Source of the DNA: Promethearchaeia archaeon
GTDB lineage: Archaea > Asgardarchaeota > Lokiarchaeia > Sigyniarchaeales > SOKP01
Direction of reading: 5' to 3'
Assembly: GCA_029856045.1 (NCBI GenBank)
Contig: JAHQWG010000021.1
Location: 1 to 35,987, forward strand
DNA length: 35,987 bases
A program made the translations under genes and the position numbers. This document shows, piece after piece, positions 8,610-16,934 of this stretch (position 1 is the first letter of the stretch; the number at the start of each line of letters is the position of its first letter). Under the pieces are notes generated by a model, which saw nothing but the letters and a program-made list of their open reading frames with translations, did not search any database and was not told the origin of the DNA.

Positions 8610-10100
8610 TTATTCCTCCACTTCTTTCTCATCTTTCATTTCCTCCTCCTCTTTGACTTCTTCCTCTTCTTTTACTTTTTCTTCCTTCTCTATTTCTTCC
8701 TCTACTTTTTTTTCTTCTTTAACTTCTTCTTCCTTCGCTTCTTCAACTTCAATTTCTTCTACTTTCTCCTCTTCTTTAACTTCTTCTTCCTCCTTCTCTA
8801 CTTCCTCTGCTTTTTCTTCTTCTTTAACTTCTTCTTCCTTTTCTACTTCTTCCTCTTCTAATTCTTCCATTTCTTCCTCTTTCTTAACTTCTTCTTCCTC
8901 CTCTTCCTTAACTTTCTCTATTTCTTCAATAATTTCTATATCCTTTGGAATTAATAGGAATCCGTCTTTTGCACAGAATTTTGAAGCTAATTTATTGCTT
9001 GTAAAACAAATTGGACATATTCTATAGGATTCTTGATAAACTTTAATTGAGCTTTTAATATCTTCTAGTTTTTGGATTAATTTTTTACTTTTTTCTATTT
9101 CAATTAAGGAATCGAGAAATTTCTCATCCACTTTATTTGCTGAGGTTTGGATTAATTTCTGGATCAGGGTTATTAATCCTTCTTTTAATTTTTTCTCATC
9201 AAATTGTGATTTAATTTCATTTAATATATCATCTGTGTGATCCTGTATAAGTAATGCTATAACTTTTGTTAATCCAGGTATTAAATCAGGATAAAAAGAG
9301 ACTCTAATTATATTCGGGAGTAAGGCTTTGAATATATTAAAATCAGAAAAACCGAGTCTACCTAGCGCCTGAATAACATAACTTCTAAATTGAATATTTT
9401 TTACTGAAATTAACTTTTGAATTTTTTTGTATAATTCTTCGAATTTGGAAAGATCATATAAGCTTAAACACCCGATTGCCTTAATTGTCTCAATTCGTAA
9501 TGCAATAATTTCACTCTTAAACATTTTCTTTATTACTGGAAGGATAACATCAATAAATTTTGGTTCTGAATCAACTAAATTTACAAAAAAGCTATAAATT
9601 TCCGCTTGATTATCATATTCCGAATTTAAAATTGTTTTATTTCCAAGGATCTCTGCAATCCACGAATAATTTTTAATAAAAACCTCTTTATTATTATTAA
9701 AGTAAATAGATACCAGTTTTATTGCAAATTTTAGAATATCTTGGTCCTTCGATTTTTTTAATGTTTGAATAATTGAGTACCAAGGATTAAACTCATCAAC
9801 TTCTTTTTTAAGATTTATTTTTTCTTGAATAAAAGTATTAAATAAAGATAGAACTCGCTTTTTTGCATTTGGGTTCTTTTCAGATTTGTAATATTTTGCA
9901 ATATAAGGAAAAGTGACTACTGGATCCTTCTTTCCCTCATCAATAAGCTTATTCATAATTTGGGAACCATGACTTTTAAAAGTAATTTCACGGTTTAATA
10001 AATCTAAAAGCAAAGAGAGTCCTTTAATAATCTGCCCTTCCGCAAAATAATTATTTGCTTTATTAAATATCTTTTCTAAATCAGCCAATCTTGTTTCCAA
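8610..10100 (-). CDS. Alpha-solenoid (HEAT/ARM-like) protein with zinc ribbon and Glu/Lys-rich tail
   Basis: Helical repeats such as LRIETIKAIGCL and FRSYVIQALGRLG; CPICFTSNKLASKFCAKDG zinc ribbon; ~110 aa tail of EEEVKEEE-type units. Confidence 0.65.
   Translation of the reverse strand: METRLADLEKIFNKANNYFAEGQIIKGLSLLLDLLNREITFKSHGSQIMNKLIDEGKKDPVVTFPYIAKYYKSEKNPNAKKRVLSLFNTFIQEKINLKKEVDEFNPWYSIIQTLKKSKDQDILKFAIKLVSIYFNNNKEVFIKNYSWIAEILGNKTILNSEYDNQAEIYSFFVNLVDSEPKFIDVILPVIKKMFKSEIIALRIETIKAIGCLSLYDLSKFEELYKKIQKLISVKNIQFRSYVIQALGRLGFSDFNIFKALLPNIIRVSFYPDLIPGLTKVIALLIQDHTDDILNEIKSQFDEKKLKEGLITLIQKLIQTSANKVDEKFLDSLIEIEKSKKLIQKLEDIKSSIKVYQESYRICPICFTSNKLASKFCAKDGFLLIPKDIEIIEEIEKVKEEEEEEVKKEEEMEELEEEEVEKEEEVKEEEKAEEVEKEEEEVKEEEKVEEIEVEEAKEEEVKEEKKVEEEIEKEEKVKEEEEVKEEEEMKDEKEVEE
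8613..8940 (-). repeat. Low-complexity imperfect repeats encoding (E)n-V-K/E-K units
   Basis: Pyrimidine-rich + strand with recurring TCTTCTTTAACTTCTTC-like units. Confidence 0.85.
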
Positions 10101-10166
10101 CTCATATTATGAATTAAAGATTCAATCTTACAATTAATAATAAAATATGATATGCTATATATTATT

Positions 10167-10736
10167 TTAAGTTCTTAATGTTTTTTTCTCTCTTGATTTT
10201 AAGAAGAAATATACAAAAGTGGTATTCCAAATTAAATCTCCAAACATAAACCACATATAAGGGTAAGCGTATATGACGTCAGTATATCTATAATCCATAA
10301 AATAACACCACAAGATAAAAACAATTATAACATTTTTATATATCTCCCAATTGAAAATCTTGCCTTTTTGAATACGAATAATATAATAAGCAAGAATTGA
10401 GGGAATTCCATGAAGGATAAAATTTCGGATCATGTGCTCGAGTATATAATACCCCAGTACTGTTAATGAATAATAAATATCTGCTATTTGAAAAGCCACT
10501 AGTGTAATAACATTAGTTGGCATAGTTGAAATCATTAATGTGGTTAGATGTTTGTTTTTAAAATTAAAAATCATCATATTAATTAAAGAACATATATAGA
10601 TAAAATGAGAGATAAAAGTAATATGAATTAGAGGTTCCAATGAAATCAACCAGAGAAAAACAAAAATTCCCCCTAATCCAAGACTGATCTCAATAAATCT
10701 TTTATATTTATACTCCAGATTAAACCACACAACCAA
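10167..10736 (-). CDS. Multi-pass membrane protein, possibly FAR-17a/AIG1 (Pr6Pr)-like
   Basis: About 5-6 hydrophobic segments; motifs ITFISH, LHGIP and YAYPY occur in the order seen in that family. Confidence 0.5.
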   Translation of the reverse strand: MVVWFNLEYKYKRFIEISLGLGGIFVFLWLISLEPLIHITFISHFIYICSLINMMIFNFKNKHLTTLMISTMPTNVITLVAFQIADIYYSLTVLGYYILEHMIRNFILHGIPSILAYYIIRIQKGKIFNWEIYKNVIIVFILWCYFMDYRYTDVIYAYPYMWFMFGDLIWNTTFVYFFLKSREKKTLRT

Positions 10737-10754
10737 ATTTTAATTTTTAAATAG

Positions 10755-11891
10755 TTACCTTCGTTCAGCAATTTTCTTTAATATTTTTATATTTTCATCC
10801 AAGTCTTCCTTTGTTATTTTTGGATGAATGTCCAATGCAAAAATTTCACTTGCCACTTTTTCAACCACATTTAAATGGATAGTAGTATAATTAATTTCTT
10901 TTCCATAAAATGGACAAGACCACGGACATCCTCTAGGATAGCCAACCTTTTCCTGAAATAATTTTGTTTTATATAAAGGTTTAGGATATAGAACCTTTCC
11001 ACTTGGAAATTTTTCTAAAAATTGTGGCTTATCTAAACCAATAATTTCAGGGTGAATTCGGCCAATCCAGTAATTAAAAGCTGGTTTACAATATTCTGGA
11101 ATAAAAGGGGGATCAATGCCCTCGATCTCATTGACAGCTTCAGTTAAATAATTTGCATTGGTATTTCTAATTTCTATATACTCATCTAATTTTTTTAACT
11201 GGACTCTTCCGATAGCTCCTTGAATTTCAGTCATTCGATAATTCCATCCTAATCTATTATAAATATACCAAGAAGGTTCACCATGATGCCTTATTAATCT
11301 ACACTGTTCTGCTAAATTATCATCATTTGTTGTGATTAACCCACCTTCTCCTGTAGTCATATTTTTTGAAGGATAGAATGAAAAAGTCCCTAAATCTCCA
11401 ATTGAACCTACCTTTTTACCGCTATATTTCGCTCCATGAGATTGACAGGCATCCTCAATAATGAATATATTATTATCTTTAGCAATATCCAATAATGAGC
11501 CCATATCTGCAGTTATTCCAGCTAAATGAACGGGTATTATTGCCTTTGTTTTATCAGTTATTTTTTCTTTAACTGATTCTGGATCAAGTGTATATGATTT
11601 ATTATCAATGTCAGCAAAAATCGGGATTGCGTTATTGTGTATAACTGAACTTGCCGTAGCAATGAAAGTAAACGGTGGAACTATAACTTCATCACCTGGA
11701 CCTATATCTAAAGAGGCTATCGCAATATGTAATGCAGCAGTGCCTGAATTTACTGCAATCGCATGCTTAACCCCAATATATTTAGCAAATTCTTTCTCAA
11801 ATTTCGCTACTACATCTCCAGCTAATAAAGTTAGCATTTGAGACTTCATTACTTTTATTACTTCTTTCTGTTCTTCTTCTGTAAGATTCAT
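10755..11891 (-). CDS. DegT/DnrJ/EryC1/StrS PLP-dependent sugar aminotransferase
   Basis: NSGTAALH, PPFTFIATA, IEDACQSHGA, SFYPSKNMTTGEGG, GWNYRM. Confidence 0.95.
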   Translation of the reverse strand: MNLTEEEQKEVIKVMKSQMLTLLAGDVVAKFEKEFAKYIGVKHAIAVNSGTAALHIAIASLDIGPGDEVIVPPFTFIATASSVIHNNAIPIFADIDNKSYTLDPESVKEKITDKTKAIIPVHLAGITADMGSLLDIAKDNNIFIIEDACQSHGAKYSGKKVGSIGDLGTFSFYPSKNMTTGEGGLITTNDDNLAEQCRLIRHHGEPSWYIYNRLGWNYRMTEIQGAIGRVQLKKLDEYIEIRNTNANYLTEAVNEIEGIDPPFIPEYCKPAFNYWIGRIHPEIIGLDKPQFLEKFPSGKVLYPKPLYKTKLFQEKVGYPRGCPWSCPFYGKEINYTTIHLNVVEKVASEIFALDIHPKITKEDLDENIKILKKIAERR

Positions 11892-12002
11892 TATAAATAA
11901 ACCAAGTTTTTTTTAAGATTTAAAATAAAAATAATATATAAAATAAAGAACCAAATATTTTAAGAATGTTTTTTTTTAGTTATATTGAGGGGAAATTAAG
12001 CA

Positions 12003-12284
12003 TTGGAAATTAAACATGTTAAAATTCAAGTATATGGGAGAGTTCAAGGCGTTTTTTTTAGAGATACAGCTAGAAGAGTTGCAAAAAAACTGAATTTAAC
12101 TGGTTATGCAAAAAATATGTTAGATGGCTGTGTTTTAATTGAGGCAGAAGGTCCCTTGGATAAACTGAATGAATTAATTGAATTTTCAAAAATAGGACCA
12201 AGATGGGCGCATGTTGATAAAATTGACTATAAATTTAGTGATGAGATCAAAAATTATTCCAATTTCAAAATAACTTTTTATTAA
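12003..12284 (+). CDS. acyP: Acylphosphatase
   Basis: VYGRVQGVFFR, GYAKN..DG.V, GP.WAHV; TTG start preceded by GAGGGG. Confidence 0.93.
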   Translation: MEIKHVKIQVYGRVQGVFFRDTARRVAKKLNLTGYAKNMLDGCVLIEAEGPLDKLNELIEFSKIGPRWAHVDKIDYKFSDEIKNYSNFKITFY

Positions 12285-12363
12285 TTTACCTGTGGTATTA
12301 TTGAGAACTATATCTCGATAATACTTAAATATTATAATATTTTTTTATCAACTCGTCTGAGAT

Positions 12364-12669
12364 ATGTTCATGGAATTAGAGGTTAATGAAAACATCTCTT
12401 CTTTAAAAATTAAAAATATCTTTAATCATATCTCAGAAAATCGTTGCATTCATTGTTCTTCCCATTTACATTACGATGAGCAACCCGATTCACTTTATAT
12501 TTCATGCAGCAAAAATTTTGATCATTTTCGAATTAGTGGATTTAAGGATATAGAGACGGGAGAAGTAATTTTGGTTTATTTAAATAATATGAATGAAGGG
12601 ATAATGAATGAAAAAATCTTGCGAGATTTTCGAAAAATAATTCATAACATTAAGTTTAATTCACACTAA
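12364..12669 (+). CDS. Hypothetical protein with a possible CxxC...C...H zinc site
   Basis: RCIHCSSHL...ISCSKNFDHF; 101 aa ORF filling the gap between acyP and tbp. Confidence 0.55.
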   Translation: MFMELEVNENISSLKIKNIFNHISENRCIHCSSHLHYDEQPDSLYISCSKNFDHFRISGFKDIETGEVILVYLNNMNEGIMNEKILRDFRKIIHNIKFNSH

Positions 12670-12868
12670 CTTTTAATAAAACAGAATAAAATTAGTATTA
12701 AAGGCATTCATTTTTAAATGAATTTTTATTTTAAATATATATTTAAATAGGATCAAAAATTTCATTATTTTATTTAGTCTAACGTAAAATTATTGCAATT
12801 AAATCGTCCTTAAAATAATACAGTTTATTGATTTATCATTTTATAAGACTTTATTTGGTATAAGACAC

Positions 12869-13540
12869 ATGAGTGAAGAAGAATTTAATGAAGATGATGA
12901 TTTGGAAGAGGGTGAGGGAGAAGATGAATGGGAAGATTATGATTACGAGGCGAACCTAGATTATAAAATTGAGAATGTTGTAGGCACAGTAGTAGTAGAA
13001 ATCGATGAAAAAATTGACCTAAATCAAATCGCCAGACGCCAACCCGATGTAGAATATAATCCTGAACGGTTTCCAGGTCTGGTAATGAGAATAGAAAAAC
13101 CACGTGCCACAATTTTGATCTTTTCAACTGGTAAGATGGTAGTTACAGGTCTTAGAAAAGCATCTGAATCTGATAAGGTTGTTCAAAAAGTAATCAAAAA
13201 TATTAAAAAAGCTGGAATTGATGTAAGAAATCCTGTAATAACCATTCAAAATATCGTAGCGAGTGGTGATCTTCATACAAATATAGATTTAAATATGGCA
13301 GCAATTGTGATGGAATATGCAATGTATGAGCCAGAAGTCTTTCCCGGACTTATTTACCGAATGCAAGATCCAAAAACTGTTTTTCTAATTTTCTCAACGG
13401 GGAGAATTGTTTGCACCGGCGCTAAAGAAAAGAGCATTGTTAGAGATGCAGTTCTCAAATTGAATAAACAAGTTCGTGATTTAGGTGTTGCTAAAAAGAA
13501 TTTGGACTCAATTGATTATGAGGATATTTCCTTTCTATAA
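12869..13540 (+). CDS. tbp: TATA-box binding protein with acidic N-terminal extension
   Basis: Two repeats: IENVV...YNPERFPGLVMR...LIFSTGKMVVTG and IQNIVAS...YEPEVFPGLIYR...LIFSTGRIVCTG. Confidence 0.97.
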   Translation: MSEEEFNEDDDLEEGEGEDEWEDYDYEANLDYKIENVVGTVVVEIDEKIDLNQIARRQPDVEYNPERFPGLVMRIEKPRATILIFSTGKMVVTGLRKASESDKVVQKVIKNIKKAGIDVRNPVITIQNIVASGDLHTNIDLNMAAIVMEYAMYEPEVFPGLIYRMQDPKTVFLIFSTGRIVCTGAKEKSIVRDAVLKLNKQVRDLGVAKKNLDSIDYEDISFL

Positions 13541-13632
13541 AATCCCATTAAATTTTAAAAATTTTTATTTATTCCCGTTTTATGAGAGCTCTCTGAAAAA
13601 AGTAAAGTTCAAATAAAAAATACTAGATAATT

Positions 13633-14133
13633 TTAAATAATGCGTTTTAATAAATCAACAAATGATTTCTCAACATTTTGTCCAGTTTTTGCACTAGTTA
13701 GTACAAGACTCATATTGTTTTCACTTGCATACCTCTCAGCTTGACTTTGATCAATTATAATATTTTCTTTAAGATCAATTTTGTTTCCTATTAAGATTAC
13801 TGGTTTATCCCCGTGAACTTCTCTAAAACTTGAAATCCATTCTCCTAATTTAGTAAATGATTGTTGATTAGTTACATCAAAAAGTAATAAAGCACCTTCT
13901 GCTCCTTCTAAGTAAAGTTTTCTAAGTTTTTTAAATGGTTCTTGACCACCTAAATCCCATATTTGAGTCACAACAGTTGAATCCCCGATTTTAACTGTCT
14001 TTTTTAATAAATTTACTCCTAAAGTACTTCGAAAATCGGTACGGAATTTATTTTCAATGAACCTGTACACCAATGTGGTTTTTCCGACTTTTGCTTCTCC
14101 CAAAAGACAGATTTTGATTATAAATTCGCTCAT
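13633..14133 (-). CDS. Rab-like small GTPase
   Basis: GEAKVGKTT, STLG, WDLGGQ, GNKID, TSAK. Confidence 0.93.
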   Translation of the reverse strand: MSEFIIKICLLGEAKVGKTTLVYRFIENKFRTDFRSTLGVNLLKKTVKIGDSTVVTQIWDLGGQEPFKKLRKLYLEGAEGALLLFDVTNQQSFTKLGEWISSFREVHGDKPVILIGNKIDLKENIIIDQSQAERYASENNMSLVLTSAKTGQNVEKSFVDLLKRII

Positions 14134-14308
14134 ATTCTTAATTTACCTCTATTCGATTTTTCTATGAACTTATTATTAAATAAGATTTATGTATAAGAAA
14201 TATATAAAACTCTCTATAATAATTTTTTATTTTTAATCAATTAATTCATTAAAATTTCTTTTATTTAATATTTTTATTGCAATATGGGTGATAATAGTGC
14301 TTACTTTT

Positions 14309-14818
14309 TCAAATATGATTAATTGAATCCTTTTGATATACAATTATAAATTCACAATACGATTGGTCGGTTTGCAGACTACACTTCTCTTCTTGAGCAA
14401 AACATTGAAGATCACTCATTTTCTCAACTAAAGCAGCTAATAATCCCGCTTCAAAACTGCAAAATGTTCCCTCTGCAGATATTTTTGAAGATAATAAATC
14501 TTTACAAGTAAGACAACTTCTTAATTTAACAGTTAAATGTTCATGTGAAATCTGCTCTTGTGAGAGTCCAGTTATATCAATTTCACCTAAATTGTATTTT
14601 TTAATTATTTTAACAAGTTCTTCAGGAATTTTAGTAAGATCATAAACTTTAGGAACATCAAATAATGAACCTAGTTCATGGCCTAAATAATAAAAAACAG
14701 CCTCCAATTGACTACCCAGAGCTAATAAGGCACCTATTTTCAAATTTCCAATACTTTTTCCTTCAAGAAGATTAGATTTCATCTTCTTTAATAAATCATT
14801 TAATAGAGAACGATTCAT
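14309..14818 (-). CDS. V4R domain protein (Bet3/V4R fold). Likely start ATG 14818; an in-frame upstream ATG lies at 14854
   Basis: YYLGHELG, YNLGEI, CLTC, FCSFEAGLLAA, EEKC, YCEF: the classic V4R C/E/C/C pattern. Confidence 0.85.
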   Translation of the reverse strand: MNRSLLNDLLKKMKSNLLEGKSIGNLKIGALLALGSQLEAVFYYLGHELGSLFDVPKVYDLTKIPEELVKIIKKYNLGEIDITGLSQEQISHEHLTVKLRSCLTCKDLLSSKISAEGTFCSFEAGLLAALVEKMSDLQCFAQEEKCSLQTDQSYCEFIIVYQKDSINHI

Positions 14819-14875
14819 GATAAATTTTCCTTTTTTTTTTTTAATTTTTAGCATTTTAATTTAATAAATTTTTAA

Positions 14876-15175
14876 TCAAATATCTACAGAAGATATAAAT
14901 CCTTGTAATATTGCGTCAATAATATCATCCATATCTACATTTCTAGTTAATTTTCTTCCTGCGATTACTAAAGATGGCACACTTGCAATTTTATATTTCT
15001 TTATTATTGGACTTTTTATGTCAATACTGATTTTCTGAATCTTTAATTTTTTTCCAAACATCGAGATATTAATTGTATGTATTAATTTCTCAACTTCTTT
15101 ACATGGTTCACAAAAATTTGAGGAGAAGAATAGAATTTCTGGTGTTTTATTTTCCTTCATAGTAGTAAAAGTCAT
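14876..15175 (-). CDS. Thioredoxin-fold protein
   Basis: FFSSNFCEPC active-site CxxC; KYKIASVPSLVI cis-Pro motif. Confidence 0.85.
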   Translation of the reverse strand: MTFTTMKENKTPEILFFSSNFCEPCKEVEKLIHTINISMFGKKLKIQKISIDIKSPIIKKYKIASVPSLVIAGRKLTRNVDMDDIIDAILQGFISSVDI

Positions 15176-15218
15176 TATATTTAATAGTAATTTTATTTAT
15201 TTCAATTGATGAATCTGC

Positions 15219-15749
15219 TTATTCTTTTACGGAATCGTATAATTCTTTTATGATGCATCTGAAAGCATCATACACGTTATTACCTGTTTTAGCAGAAGTT
15301 TTGTAATATTTAATAAAACGAATCTCATCTTTCAATGCATTGATTTTGGAATCATCTAATTCATTTTCATTTACTAGATCAACTTTATTGCCAAAAATCA
15401 CAATTGGAATATCTCCACAAAATTTTTTGATATCTTCATGCCAAATTTTTATACTATTAAAACTCTGCGAATCTATTAATGAAAAAACTAAAATGACTGC
15501 TCTTGCTCCTTTATAGAACGTCGGACGCATAAATGAAAACTCAGATTGACCAGCAATGTCCCAAAAAAAGAGTTTTACACGTATATCCTCAATTTCCTCA
15601 ATATATTTCGAGAACTGAGCCCCAATTGTTTTAATATAGTCTTTGACGAAACTCCCTTCAGTATATTGCTTAATAAGTGATGTTTTGCCAACCGCTCCGT
15701 TCCCTACGACAACGATTTTGAAAATATAAGATTTTTCCTCTTCACTCAA
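15219..15749 (-). CDS. Rab-like small GTPase
   Basis: FKIVVVGNGAVGKTS, KTIG, WDIAGQ, GNKVD, TSAK; TTG start. Confidence 0.93.
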   Translation of the reverse strand: MSEEEKSYIFKIVVVGNGAVGKTSLIKQYTEGSFVKDYIKTIGAQFSKYIEEIEDIRVKLFFWDIAGQSEFSFMRPTFYKGARAVILVFSLIDSQSFNSIKIWHEDIKKFCGDIPIVIFGNKVDLVNENELDDSKINALKDEIRFIKYYKTSAKTGNNVYDAFRCIIKELYDSVKE

Positions 15750-15916
15750 ATCGTTTTCACGTGATTTATTTTATTTATCTTATGTTATTAATTTAAAGTA
15801 TATGAATTTATCGTAGTCTTCTTTTTATTTAATTTTAAGTAGTTTTTAAAACCACATATTTATCTATATTACAATATAAATAATTTATAGTTAAAGAAAG
15901 AGAGATTGATTACTTA

Positions 15917-16384
15917 ATGCCTCAAGATATTAATAAAATGAGATTCTGCAATAATTGTCGAATGAATTGTTTTCCAACAAGATCGGAATTTAATACAATA
16001 GTATTTGTAACTTTTACTGGAATAATATTTATAATTACTACGATTCTTACGATTCTATTAATTTTAACGTGGTTTTTCAATCTTGTATTCTTTTTGTATT
16101 TATTTATGATTATAAATCCGTACCTCATATATTACTGTCTAATACCAAAACATTATTGCCCTAAATGCCATTCTAAATGCACAGAGGAACCAAATAAAGA
16201 ATATGAACCTTTTGGTCCTAAAAAAGGTGAAGGAATACCACGTCTTCCATATGAGCAACCCCCATCACATCAAAACAATATAAAAGTTAGAGAAGGGTGG
16301 TTTTGTACATATTGTGGGGCTCCAATTAGTAGAACTTGGAAACATTGTAAATCGTGTGGAAAATTGCTCGAGATAAATCTCTAA
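15917..16384 (+). CDS. LITAF-like zinc-binding membrane protein with C-terminal zinc ribbon
   Basis: CNNC, then a ~45 aa hydrophobic hairpin, then HYCPKC (LITAF CxxC...HxCxxC arrangement); Pro-rich linker; CTYCG...CKSCG ribbon. Confidence 0.65.
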   Translation: MPQDINKMRFCNNCRMNCFPTRSEFNTIVFVTFTGIIFIITTILTILLILTWFFNLVFFLYLFMIINPYLIYYCLIPKHYCPKCHSKCTEEPNKEYEPFGPKKGEGIPRLPYEQPPSHQNNIKVREGWFCTYCGAPISRTWKHCKSCGKLLEINL

Positions 16385-16469
16385 AAACTAGAAAAAAGTT
16401 AAAATATGTGAAAAGAGAATTATTTTATAGATACTGGGAATTTTTAAGAATTTTTAATTGGGAGATTAT

Positions 16470-16934
16470 ATGGTTTTAATTCGCGAATGTGGAATTTTAT
16501 TTAGGGGTTTTACTATAGTAAATTCACAGTATCATGATTTTGGGGCGAGTATAAAGGATAAAGACTTAAGATCGGGGCTTTTAACGGCTATAATTAACTT
16601 TTCAGATGCGGCATTCTCTCATAGTATTGAATATATAGAAGGTAAGAAGAAATCATTAATATTCACTCAAGATAAAATTTTATCTACGGATGTTGAGGAT
16701 GTTTCTGAAATAATTATTTCTTATATAATAATGGATAAAGTGAAAGATTTAGATAAAAAAAAGGAAAGAATTGTTCCTGAATTAAGAAAACTATTATTGT
16801 TATTTAAGGAGAAGTATAAAAATAAAAATCTTGCACATGTATCAGAATTTCAAGAATTCAAGAAAGAGATTGATAATTTATTTGGAGAAGAAGGAAAAAC
16901 CATTGAGCAACGATTAAAAGGTTCATTTTTCTAA
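16470..16934 (+). CDS. Putative longin-like domain protein (ATG 16470 after GGGAGA; track start 16458)
   Basis: Beta-hairpin start followed by helix DKDLRSGLLTAIINFS, beta strands, and C-terminal helices with FKEKY...FQEFKKEID, typical of longin-fold proteins. Overlaps the dhs stop by 12 bp. Confidence 0.55.
   Translation: MVLIRECGILFRGFTIVNSQYHDFGASIKDKDLRSGLLTAIINFSDAAFSHSIEYIEGKKKSLIFTQDKILSTDVEDVSEIIISYIIMDKVKDLDKKKERIVPELRKLLLLFKEKYKNKNLAHVSEFQEFKKEIDNLFGEEGKTIEQRLKGSFF

Noticed and set aside
8653-9027. 124 aa Ser-rich + strand ORF
   Set aside because: Antisense shadow of the Glu/Lys-rich tail.
14876-15175. Thioredoxin-fold ORF as KaiB
   Set aside because: It has an intact CxxC and there is no KaiC-like ATPase in the window.
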